64,000 nt of DNA from Acutalibacteraceae bacterium (GTDB lineage: Bacteria > Bacillota > Clostridia > Oscillospirales > Acutalibacteraceae): the NCBI GenBank assembly GCA_045633805.1, contig JAZQYY010000016.1, forward strand, positions 762 to 64,761, in the 5' to 3' direction. The notes under the pieces are model-generated. The model was not told the origin of the DNA, made no database searches, and saw only the letters and a program-made list of their open reading frames with translations. This document shows positions 22,369 to 31,111 of the stretch, piece after piece (position 1 is the first letter of the stretch; each line of letters opens with the position of its first letter). A program made the position numbers and the translations under genes.

Positions 22369-23293
22369 AATACCGCTTATTGCAATAGTCGGCCCGACTG
22401 CTTCGGGCAAAACTTCGCTTGCCGTTGCCGTGTGCAAAGCGCTTGGCGGCGAAGCTGTTTCGTGCGATTCAATGCAGATTTATAAGGGCATGGATATCGC
22501 AACCGCAAAACCCACGCAGGAAGAAATGCAGGGTATACCGCATCATCTTATCGGTTTTGCCGAGCCTGATGAGGTTTTCAGCGTTGCAAAATATTGCGAA
22601 TCGGCAAAAGAGATAATCGAAGATATCCATGCAAGGGGCAAAAAAGCCGTTCTTGTAGGGGGTACGGGTCTTTATTATTCGTCGCTTGTTGATAATATTG
22701 AATTCCTGCCCGAAGAAACCGATTTTGAATATCGTGAAATGCTTCGCAAAAGAGCTGAATCCGAGGGAGCGCAGGCTTTGCTTGATGAGCTTGCGGCAAT
22801 CGACCCCGAGGCGGCATCAAAGCTTCATCCGAATAATCTCGGCAGAGTTATCAGAGCGCTTGAGATTTATCACACAACGGGCAAAACCATAACAGACCAG
22901 AACGAGCAGTCGCGAAACGAAGCATCGCCTTTTGAAACGGTTGCAATCTGCCTTGATGCAAAAGACAGACAGTTTCTTTATGACCGTATCAATAAGCGCG
23001 TTGATATTATGCTTGAAAACGGTCTGGTTGAAGAAGCAAAAGCTTTTTATGAAAATCCTTTGGGCCGAACTGCAAAGCAGGCGATTGGTTATAAAGAGCT
23101 CAACCCATATTTTGCAGGTGAGAAATCACTTGAGGAATGTGTTGAAAACTTAAAAATGCAAACCCGTCGCTATGCCAAACGCCAGTTAACCTGGTTCAGA
23201 CGCGACGAAAGAATTAAATTTATTTATATTGATGACTATGCCTGCTTTGACGATATGCTCAAAGCGGTGCTTGAGATAATCGAAAGGAAGTGA
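22355..23293 (+). CDS. miaA: tRNA dimethylallyltransferase
   Basis: GPTASGKT, DSMQIY, GGTGLY, YAKRQLTWF. Confidence 0.97.
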   Translation: MAESKIPLIAIVGPTASGKTSLAVAVCKALGGEAVSCDSMQIYKGMDIATAKPTQEEMQGIPHHLIGFAEPDEVFSVAKYCESAKEIIEDIHARGKKAVLVGGTGLYYSSLVDNIEFLPEETDFEYREMLRKRAESEGAQALLDELAAIDPEAASKLHPNNLGRVIRALEIYHTTGKTITDQNEQSRNEASPFETVAICLDAKDRQFLYDRINKRVDIMLENGLVEEAKAFYENPLGRTAKQAIGYKELNPYFAGEKSLEECVENLKMQTRRYAKRQLTWFRRDERIKFIYIDDYACFDDMLKAVLEIIERK

Positions 23294-23297
23294 GAAA

Positions 23298-24530
23298 ATG
23301 AAATCCCGTGACAGGCTTTTAAAAATACTTGCAGCTGCGGCGGCGGTAATAATTGTTGTATTTTTTGCCGTTGAGCTTTACGGGCTTACTTCTCACTCCT
23401 ACACAACACAGACTGCTTATGAGCAAACCGTTCTTGAAGCGGTTGATGCCGAGATGTATATTATCCGTGACGAAACTTTGCTCACATCAAGCGGCTCGGG
23501 TGTAACCGTTCAGCTTGCTGAAAACGGTGAGCGAGTCAGCAAAGGCAGTTCAATCGTTGCCGTTTTTGACAGCGAAGCAACCGCGCAGAACTATGTTGAG
23601 GCTGAAACTCTTAAACGCAAGCTTGAGGTTTATCAGGAAATCAGCAAACAATTGAAGCTTGATAACATTGATATGGATAAGCTTTCGGATGAAATCAACG
23701 CCGAGTTTATGAATATTATTGAAGCTTCCTATGGTAACGATTATTCCTCTATTGAAGAAAACAAGCTGAATTTCAGCGAAAAAATGTCGCGCCGTCAGGT
23801 GTCGCTCGGTCAGACGGTTAACTGCTCCGAAAAAATTGCAACCCTCACTTCGCAAATTGCATCTCTTGAAGGTGCGGCAAAGGTTTCAAGTATCATAACT
23901 GCAGAAGCCTCGGGTTATTTTGTCGGTGAAGCGGATGGCTATGAATCCGTGCTTACCGTTGACAACATTGATAATATCACTCCCAAAATGCTTTCCGATG
24001 CCCTTAATGCAAAGAAAAAAGACGTTCCCGAAAACACAGTCGGTAAAATCATCAACGGTTATAACTGGTATGTTGCAACCGTAATTGATACGGGTAAGGC
24101 GGTCGGCTATGAAAAAGGCAAGGCGGTCAAGCTTATTCTGGGCGATTCCGAATCACTGACCGTTTCTTCAAAAATTTATTCCGTACAGGCAACCGAAGGC
24201 AACAAAACTCTCGTAGTTTTCAGATGTAATCTAATGAATGATGAGCTTGCTGCTTTGCGAAAGGTAAGCGGCAAGGTTGTTATAAGCGAGCATACGGGTC
24301 TTAAAATCGGCAAGGAAGCTCTGCGATTTGATGAGCAGGGCAACCCGGGTGTTTATGTGCGCAGGGCAAACATAGTTAATTTCAGAAGCGTAAATATCCT
24401 TTACTCTGATGATAAAATATTTGTTGCCGCCGCCGATGAAAACATCAAAACGCCGCATCCGCATCTCAAACTTTATGACGAAGTTATTATTTCGGGAAAG
24501 GATTTAAGCGATGGTATGGTTATCGGATAA
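23298..24530 (+). CDS. Membrane-anchored HlyD/membrane-fusion-like protein of the division cluster
   Basis: N-terminal TM, IIRDE, NGERVSKG hairpin, coiled coil, LYDEVI terminus; typical clostridial gene upstream of yggS. Confidence 0.7.
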   Translation: MKSRDRLLKILAAAAAVIIVVFFAVELYGLTSHSYTTQTAYEQTVLEAVDAEMYIIRDETLLTSSGSGVTVQLAENGERVSKGSSIVAVFDSEATAQNYVEAETLKRKLEVYQEISKQLKLDNIDMDKLSDEINAEFMNIIEASYGNDYSSIEENKLNFSEKMSRRQVSLGQTVNCSEKIATLTSQIASLEGAAKVSSIITAEASGYFVGEADGYESVLTVDNIDNITPKMLSDALNAKKKDVPENTVGKIINGYNWYVATVIDTGKAVGYEKGKAVKLILGDSESLTVSSKIYSVQATEGNKTLVVFRCNLMNDELAALRKVSGKVVISEHTGLKIGKEALRFDEQGNPGVYVRRANIVNFRSVNILYSDDKIFVAAADENIKTPHPHLKLYDEVIISGKDLSDGMVIG

Positions 24531-25236
24531 CGAACGCTTTGCTGCGATTGAAGAGAATCTCAAAATCATTCGCAATGATATTGCCGAAGCCGCCGTTAAA
24601 AGCGGAAGAACTCTTGATGATATCAACCTTATGGCGGTCACAAAAACGGTTGAGCCCAAATTTATCAACAAAGCGATTGACTGCGGTATAAATCTTATCG
24701 GTGAGAATAAGGTGCAGGAGCTTTTGCTCAAAGAGCCCGAACTCAATCTTGCTTCTTGCAAGGCGCATCTGATAGGTCATCTGCAGTCCAATAAGGTCAA
24801 AAAAATTGTTGGCAAGGTTGACACAATTCAGTCGGTAGATACAGTGGATATCGCCAAAGAAATCGGCAAACGCTCCGTTCAGCAGGGCATAACAACAAAG
24901 GTTTTGCTCGAGGTTAACGTTGGCAATGAAGATAGCAAATTCGGCTTTTCTTCTGCAGAGCTTTTGGAAAAGGCCTGCGAAATTGCCGAAATTGATGGCA
25001 TTGCAGTTAACGGCCTTATGTGCGTTGCTCCTATTTGCGAAAAAGAAGCTGAAATTCGTGCGATTTTTTCAAATATGAGGCGTATGTTTATTGACATCGG
25101 CACTAAAAAAATAGATAATATAAATATGAATATTCTCTCAATGGGGATGTCAGGCGATTATGAAAGTGCAATCCTTGAGGGCGCGAATCTTGTGAGAATC
25201 GGTTCTGCAATTTTCGGCGCAAGGATTTACAGATAA
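24511..25236 (+). CDS. yggS: PLP homeostasis protein YggS
   Basis: AVTKT, GENKVQE, HLIGHLQSNK, LSMGMSGDY, VRIGSAIFG. Confidence 0.95.
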   Translation: MVWLSDNERFAAIEENLKIIRNDIAEAAVKSGRTLDDINLMAVTKTVEPKFINKAIDCGINLIGENKVQELLLKEPELNLASCKAHLIGHLQSNKVKKIVGKVDTIQSVDTVDIAKEIGKRSVQQGITTKVLLEVNVGNEDSKFGFSSAELLEKACEIAEIDGIAVNGLMCVAPICEKEAEIRAIFSNMRRMFIDIGTKKIDNINMNILSMGMSGDYESAILEGANLVRIGSAIFGARIYR

Positions 25237-25253
25237 TAAGGAGGAAGAAAACA

Positions 25254-25733
25254 ATGAGTTTCAAAGACAAGCTTAAGCAGTTTATCAACGTAACAGATGA
25301 CGATTATATTGAAGGTGGCGAAGGATACGCAGACGATTTTGATTATGCGCCTGCTCAGCCTGCACAGCCTCAGGTTCAGTATGCAACCAATTCAAAAGCA
25401 GAGAGAGGTTCATCAAACGTAGTTAACTTCAACGCAGGTAAAGGTGCAGCCAATCAGCCCAAACCCCACGTTGTTTTCCAGAAGATTGATAAGTTTGAAG
25501 AAGTTGGCGAGGTTGCTGATATCCTTAACGAGAAGAGAATTGTTATTCTCAATCTTGAAACCTGCCCCAACGATGTTTCACAGAGAATCATCGATTTCCT
25601 TTACGGTGTAGCATACGCAAACCACGGTGATTTCAAAAAGGTTGCCGGCAGAGCATATATCATCACTCCTTATAATGTTCCCGTTTCCGGTGAGCTTGTT
25701 GATGAAATCAGTAATGCCGCCATTGAGCAGTAA
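25254..25733 (+). CDS. sepF: Cell division protein SepF
   Basis: VILNLE...QRIIDFLYGVAYA...ITPYNV; follows yggS. Confidence 0.9.
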   Translation: MSFKDKLKQFINVTDDDYIEGGEGYADDFDYAPAQPAQPQVQYATNSKAERGSSNVVNFNAGKGAANQPKPHVVFQKIDKFEEVGEVADILNEKRIVILNLETCPNDVSQRIIDFLYGVAYANHGDFKKVAGRAYIITPYNVPVSGELVDEISNAAIEQ

Positions 25734-25762
25734 AATAAAAGTGAGAGAGGAAGTTGACAGTT

Positions 25763-26953
25763 ATGCTTACAACCGATCAGATTTTAAACGCAATGTTCAC
25801 CCCCATCAGCAAGGGTGCTTACAGCGCAGACGAAGTTGATTCATTTTTAAAGACTGTTGCAGAATCATACGAACAGTCACTTCAGGATAATAAAGAGCTT
25901 ATCAAAAAAATCAGCATTCTTGCCGATAAGATTGAAAGCTACCGCAATGACGAAGAAGCTATCAAGCTTGCTCTGCTTGATGCACGCCGTCTTGCAGAAA
26001 CAATTAACAGAGATGCAACTGTTAAGGCAGAGGCAACCGTTGCCGATGCAGAAAATAAATCAAAAATCATTCTTGACGGTGCTTCCAGACAGGCAAATCA
26101 GATGATTGACGAAGCAAGAGAAAAGGCAAAGGAAATTGTTGATAACGCAAGAATTGCCGTAACGTCTCTTACCGACAGAGCTCAGAATGAAACTGAGCAG
26201 GCAATCACCGCCGCTCAGCAGAAGGCAACAGAAATCGTTCTTAAGGCTGAGGCACAGGGCAGAGAAATCGTTGGCAGAAGCAAGGCCGATTATGAATATT
26301 ATTCATGCGAGCTTGAAAGACTCAGAAAAGAAACCGAAGCTTTCAAGCAGGCAAGCGAAAAGCTTTGCAAGGACCAGCTTGCACTCCTTGACGGTGTTGC
26401 TGTTGTTGCCCCCGAAGCATATCCCGTTACTCTTGAAGAACCCACCGTTCCCGAAGAGTTTATCATTGAAGAAGAAGCAGAAGTGATTGCAGAGGAGCTT
26501 GCATCAGCTGTTGCGGCTGTTGAAATTCCCGATGCAGAAGAAATTGAAGCTGCAGCCGAAGAAAAGGCTGAAGAAGCAGTTGAAGAAGAAATTATTGCTG
26601 ACGAAGAAGAAATTCTTGAAGTTCCTGAGTTTGAAGACGTTGAAATCGTTGCAGAAGAAGCAACAGAAGAGCCCGAAGAGGACGAAGACATTTTCAGTAT
26701 GATTGAGGAACTCAACTTTGATGATATCATCGCTCCCGAAGAGATTCCCGCAACTCTCGAAGAAGCAGTTGCAGAAGCTGAAAAGTCAGAGGCTGAAGAA
26801 GCTGAAGCTGATGAAGCAGAAGAAGATGATGATGGTGATGACGAGTTTGAAGGTTTTCAGATTGACCTTGATGAGCTTGATGAAATCACATCCGATGTAA
26901 GCACAGAGGACGAAGATATCACTTCTCTTTTTGACAGCTTTTTTAACGAATAA
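25763..26953 (+). CDS. DivIVA-domain protein with long acidic tail
   Basis: N-terminal MLTTDQI...F...KGAYSADEVDSFL, coiled coil, Asp/Glu-rich C-terminus. Confidence 0.85.
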   Translation: MLTTDQILNAMFTPISKGAYSADEVDSFLKTVAESYEQSLQDNKELIKKISILADKIESYRNDEEAIKLALLDARRLAETINRDATVKAEATVADAENKSKIILDGASRQANQMIDEAREKAKEIVDNARIAVTSLTDRAQNETEQAITAAQQKATEIVLKAEAQGREIVGRSKADYEYYSCELERLRKETEAFKQASEKLCKDQLALLDGVAVVAPEAYPVTLEEPTVPEEFIIEEEAEVIAEELASAVAAVEIPDAEEIEAAAEEKAEEAVEEEIIADEEEILEVPEFEDVEIVAEEATEEPEEDEDIFSMIEELNFDDIIAPEEIPATLEEAVAEAEKSEAEEAEADEAEEDDDGDDEFEGFQIDLDELDEITSDVSTEDEDITSLFDSFFNE

Positions 26954-26972
26954 TATTTTTTGAGAGGTTGCT

Positions 26973-27458
26973 ATGTTTCAGGCAATATCCATAGCGCTGA
27001 TAGCGGTGCTTACCGTTATCGATCAGTTAACAAAATATGCGGCGGTTGCAACCGTTAAAGAAAACGGTCCCACAGAGTTTTTGTTTGGCTTGATGCAGTT
27101 CAGGTATGTTGAAAACACGGGTGCGGCATTCAGTATGTTTTCCGAAAACACGTCGGTGCTCACCGTTTTTTCGGTGGTGCTTATTATTGCGGCTCTTGTT
27201 GTGCTTGCGATGCATAAAATCAAATCAAACTTTGTCAATGTTTCCGTTATGCTTGTTATTGCAGGCGGCATCGGCAATGTGATTGACCGCATAAAGCTTG
27301 GCTATGTTGTTGATTTTATAGAACCTCTTTTTATGGATTTTGCGGTTTTCAATTTTGCGGATTGCTGCATAACCGTCGGTGCGTTTATGCTTATCGGTTA
27401 TCAGATTTTTGATATTATCCGCGATAATAAAAAGAAAAAGGCGTCTGAAAATGATTGA
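26973..27458 (+). CDS. lspA: Lipoprotein signal peptidase II
   Basis: DQLTK, NTGAAFS, GGIGNVIDR, VVDF, FNFAD. Confidence 0.95.
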   Translation: MFQAISIALIAVLTVIDQLTKYAAVATVKENGPTEFLFGLMQFRYVENTGAAFSMFSENTSVLTVFSVVLIIAALVVLAMHKIKSNFVNVSVMLVIAGGIGNVIDRIKLGYVVDFIEPLFMDFAVFNFADCCITVGAFMLIGYQIFDIIRDNKKKKASEND

Positions 27459-28392
27459 GCCCGTTACATTAATAGAATATAACGAACCTGTCAGAATAAC
27501 CGTTGATGCGGATTGTGCAGGTGAAAGAGCCGATAAGCTTCTTTCAACGCTTCTTGCAGAATATTCACGCTCGTTTGTGCAAAACCTTTTTAATGATGAG
27601 CTTGTTTTCTGTAAGGGTAAGGCGGTGAGCAAAAGCTTCAAGCCCAAGGCGGGGGATATCCTTGAATTCACCGTGCCGGAGCCCGAGATGCTTTCGCTTG
27701 AGCCGCAGAATATTCCGCTTGACGTAATGTATGAAGACAGCGATTTGCTTGTTGTTAATAAGCCTCGCGGTATGGTTGTTCATCCGGCACCGGGTAATTA
27801 TTCCGGTACGCTTGTGAATGCGCTTTTGCATCATTGCGCAGGCAGTCTTTCAGGTATTAACGGTGTTATCCGTCCGGGTATTGTTCACAGAATCGACAAA
27901 GATACAAGCGGTCTTTTGCTTGTTGCAAAAACCGATGCCGCTCATATCTCGCTTTCTGAACAGATTAAGGAGCATTCGCTTGCAAGAGAATACCGTGCAG
28001 TTATTCACGGTCATCTTAAAGAGCAAGAGGGTGTTGTTGATGCACCCATTGGCAGAAGCCCCAATGACCGCAAAAAAATGTGTGTAACAGATAAAAATTC
28101 AAAGCACGCGGTAACGCATTACACGGTGCTTGAAGAATATAAAGATTTTTCCTTTATCAAGCTCAGGCTTGAAACGGGCAGAACTCATCAGATAAGAGTT
28201 CATATGGCTTATCTCGGTCACCCTGTTGCAGGCGACCCTGTTTACGGCCCTAAAAACGGTGTAACGTCACTTGCAGGTCAATGTTTGCACGCAGGCTTGC
28301 TTGGCTTTGTTCATCCGTCAAGCGGTGAGTTTATCCGCGTTGAAGCACCGTTGCCTGAGTATTTTACAGATTTTATAAGGAGAATAAAGTAA
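27451..28392 (+). CDS. rluD: RluA/RluD-family pseudouridine synthase
   Basis: S4-like N-terminus, NKPRGMVVHP, HRIDKDTSG, GRTHQIRVH. Confidence 0.92.
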   Translation: MIEPVTLIEYNEPVRITVDADCAGERADKLLSTLLAEYSRSFVQNLFNDELVFCKGKAVSKSFKPKAGDILEFTVPEPEMLSLEPQNIPLDVMYEDSDLLVVNKPRGMVVHPAPGNYSGTLVNALLHHCAGSLSGINGVIRPGIVHRIDKDTSGLLLVAKTDAAHISLSEQIKEHSLAREYRAVIHGHLKEQEGVVDAPIGRSPNDRKKMCVTDKNSKHAVTHYTVLEEYKDFSFIKLRLETGRTHQIRVHMAYLGHPVAGDPVYGPKNGVTSLAGQCLHAGLLGFVHPSSGEFIRVEAPLPEYFTDFIRRIK

Positions 28393-28395
28393 CTG

Positions 28396-29214
28396 ATGGA
28401 TTTTAATTATTCCGATTGGCTTATTGTTTCTGATATCGACGGAACGCTCAACAACAAGGCAAGAAAATTGCCTGAGAGAAACAAAAAAGCCATTGAACGC
28501 TTTGTTGCAAACGGTGGCCATTTCACCCTTGCTTCGGGCAGAAACCCGAAGTCAATGGAGAGGCATTTCAAAAATCTGCCTATTGCGGGCACACCTGCCG
28601 TTGTTATTAACGGTGCAGGCATTTATGATTTTGATAAGCAAGAAATGGTGCATTTCAGCGCAATGAACGATGCAGCAATGGATATTGCTGTTAAAGCGGC
28701 AAAAAAATTCTGGATGGTTGACGTTGTTGTTGTTGCGAAAGATATTATTTATATCACCGGTTTAGGTGCTTTCGGCAAATGGTTTGTTGTTGTTGATAAA
28801 CTTAAACACAAACACATTTATAATATAGCCAAAGTTCCTCGTGAGAACTGGGGCAAGGTTATCTTTTCAGGTGACCCGTTGAGTATTTCAAGGGTTAAAA
28901 AATATTTTGAGAAGATGAATTCTCCTGAGCTTACCTTGATGTCATCATCTGTTGCAAGCTTTGAAATTCTTGCCGCAAACACACATAAGGGAACAGCGGT
29001 TCTCAAGCTGGCAGAAGTTCTTGGTGTTGATAATTCTCACACCGCTGCAATCGGTGATTATTTTAATGATTATGATATGCTCAAAACGGTTGGTGTTCCT
29101 GCCTGTTGCGGTCAGGCACCCGATGAGCTCAAAGAAATTTCGGAATTTGTAACGTGCCACTGCAACAACGGTGCAGTAGCCGATTTCATCGAATACATTG
29201 AAACAAAAAAATAA
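28396..29214 (+). CDS. Cof-type HAD-IIB hydrolase
   Basis: SDIDGTL, ASGR, KGTA, GDYFND. Confidence 0.9.
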   Translation: MDFNYSDWLIVSDIDGTLNNKARKLPERNKKAIERFVANGGHFTLASGRNPKSMERHFKNLPIAGTPAVVINGAGIYDFDKQEMVHFSAMNDAAMDIAVKAAKKFWMVDVVVVAKDIIYITGLGAFGKWFVVVDKLKHKHIYNIAKVPRENWGKVIFSGDPLSISRVKKYFEKMNSPELTLMSSSVASFEILAANTHKGTAVLKLAEVLGVDNSHTAAIGDYFNDYDMLKTVGVPACCGQAPDELKEISEFVTCHCNNGAVADFIEYIETKK

Positions 29215-29229
29215 CAGGAGGTGGCTGCA

Positions 29230-30072
29230 ATGGATGCAGTTATCAGAAAACAGTTAAAAATCAAGGCTTGCAAAGCAAGAATGGGTATCATTGAAGGTGT
29301 TTTCAATGCCAAATCAGGTCATCCCGGCGGTTCACTTTCGTGTGCAGATATCCTTACCTATCTCTATTTCAATCATATGAATGTTGACCCCCAGAATCCC
29401 AAGGATGAAAACAGAGACAGATTTGTTCTCTCAAAGGGTCACGCCGCACCCGCTCTTTATTCTGTGCTTGCTCTCAAGGGCTATTTCCCTGTTGAAGAGC
29501 TCAAAACTCTCAGAAAGAGCAACTCAATCCTTCAGGGTCACCCCAGCATCAAATATACCCCCGGTGTTGATATGTCAACAGGTTCACTCGGTCAGGGTAT
29601 TTCTGCCGCTTGCGGTATGGCTCTGGGCGCAAAGCTCAGCGGCAAGAGCTTCAGAGTTTTCACCGTTCTCGGTGACGGCGAAATTCAGGAAGGTCAGGTT
29701 TGGGAAGCTGCAATGTATGCTTCCGCAAAGGGTCTTGATAACCTTGTAGCAGTTGTTGATAATAACGGTCTTCAGATTGACGGTAAAATCGCTGAAGTTA
29801 ACTCACCTTATCCTGTTCCCGAAAAGTTTAAGGCTTTCGGCTGGAACGTTATCGAAATTGATGCGCACAGCTTTGACGAAATCGATGCGGCTTTCAAGGC
29901 TGCGGCTGAATTCAAGGGTAAGCCTTCTGCAATCATTGCAAACAGCGTTAAAGGCAAGGGCGTTTCATTTATGGAAGATCAGGCTTCATGGCACGGCACA
30001 GCTCCCAATGCAGAGCAGTATGAGCAGGCTATGAGCGAACTTCAGCAGGCACTTGCTGAGATTGAAGCATAA
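29230..30072 (+). CDS. Transketolase, N-terminal subunit
   Basis: SGHPGGSLS, SKGHAAP, TGSLGQG, GDGEIQEG (TPP motif). Confidence 0.93.
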   Translation: MDAVIRKQLKIKACKARMGIIEGVFNAKSGHPGGSLSCADILTYLYFNHMNVDPQNPKDENRDRFVLSKGHAAPALYSVLALKGYFPVEELKTLRKSNSILQGHPSIKYTPGVDMSTGSLGQGISAACGMALGAKLSGKSFRVFTVLGDGEIQEGQVWEAAMYASAKGLDNLVAVVDNNGLQIDGKIAEVNSPYPVPEKFKAFGWNVIEIDAHSFDEIDAAFKAAAEFKGKPSAIIANSVKGKGVSFMEDQASWHGTAPNAEQYEQAMSELQQALAEIEA

Positions 30073-30091
30073 GAAAGGAAGGGTGAAAATA

Positions 30092-31039
30092 ATGGCTGAT
30101 GTAATTAAAACCGCAACCCGTGATGCTTACGGTAAAGCTCTTGTTGAGCTTGGCGGAATAAACGATAAAGTTGTTGTTCTTGATGCTGACCTTGCTGCAG
30201 CAACAAAAACAGGTATGTTCAAAAAGGAATTTCCCGAAAGATTTTTTGACACAGGTATTGCAGAAAGCAATATGATGGGTGTTGCCGCAGGTCTTGCAAC
30301 AACAGGCTACACAGTTTTTGCAAGCACGTTCGCAATGTTTGCCGCAGGCAGAGCATATGAACAGGTAAGAAACTCAATTGCATATCCCAACCTTAACGTT
30401 AAAATCGGTGCAACTCACGCAGGTATCTCCGTTGGTGAAGACGGTGCAAGCCACCAGTGCTGTGAGGATATCGCTCTTATGAGAGCTGTTCCCAATATGG
30501 TTATTATCAACCCTGCAGATGACGTTGAAACAAGAGCTGCAGTTCTTGCAGCTGCTGAATATGAAGGCCCTGTTTATATGAGATTCGGCAGACTTGCAGT
30601 GCCCAGAATCTTTGGCGAAGATTATAAGTTCGAGTGGGGTAAGGCTGTTGTTCTGAGCGAAGGTGCAGACGTAACAATCTGCGCAACAGGCCTTATGGTT
30701 AAAGAAGCTATTGAAGCAAAAGAGCTTCTTGCCGCAGAAGGCATCAGCGCCGAAATTATCAACGTTCACACAATCAAGCCTCTTGATGCTGAAACAATTC
30801 TTGCATCTGCTTCAAAAACAGGTGCAGTTGTTACTGCTGAAGAGCACAGCATCATCGGCGGTCTCGGCAGTGCGGTTGCAGAAGCTGTTTGCGAAAGCGG
30901 CAAATGCGTTCCCGTTGTCAGACTCGGTGTTAACGATGAATTCGGCAAATCAGGTCCTGCCGTAGAATTGCTTCATATTTACGGCCTTGATGCACAAAAT
31001 ATTGTTGCAAAGGCAAAGCAGGCAATTTCTCTCAAATAA
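30092..31039 (+). CDS. Transketolase, C-terminal subunit
   Basis: DADL, GIAESNM, GEDGASHQ, EEHSIIGGLG. Confidence 0.93.
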   Translation: MADVIKTATRDAYGKALVELGGINDKVVVLDADLAAATKTGMFKKEFPERFFDTGIAESNMMGVAAGLATTGYTVFASTFAMFAAGRAYEQVRNSIAYPNLNVKIGATHAGISVGEDGASHQCCEDIALMRAVPNMVIINPADDVETRAAVLAAAEYEGPVYMRFGRLAVPRIFGEDYKFEWGKAVVLSEGADVTICATGLMVKEAIEAKELLAAEGISAEIINVHTIKPLDAETILASASKTGAVVTAEEHSIIGGLGSAVAEAVCESGKCVPVVRLGVNDEFGKSGPAVELLHIYGLDAQNIVAKAKQAISLK

Positions 31040-31047
31040 TTATTGCG

Positions 31048-31082
31048 GCGGCTGCTTTGTTTTTGCAAGGCAGCCGCTTGTT
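31048..31082 (+). terminator. Hairpin terminator after transketolase
   Basis: GCGGCTGCTTTG...CAAGGCAGCCGC followed by TTGTT. Confidence 0.6.
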
Positions 31083-31111
31083 AAAAATTTTGCGTTCAGA
31101 GGTGATTTGAA

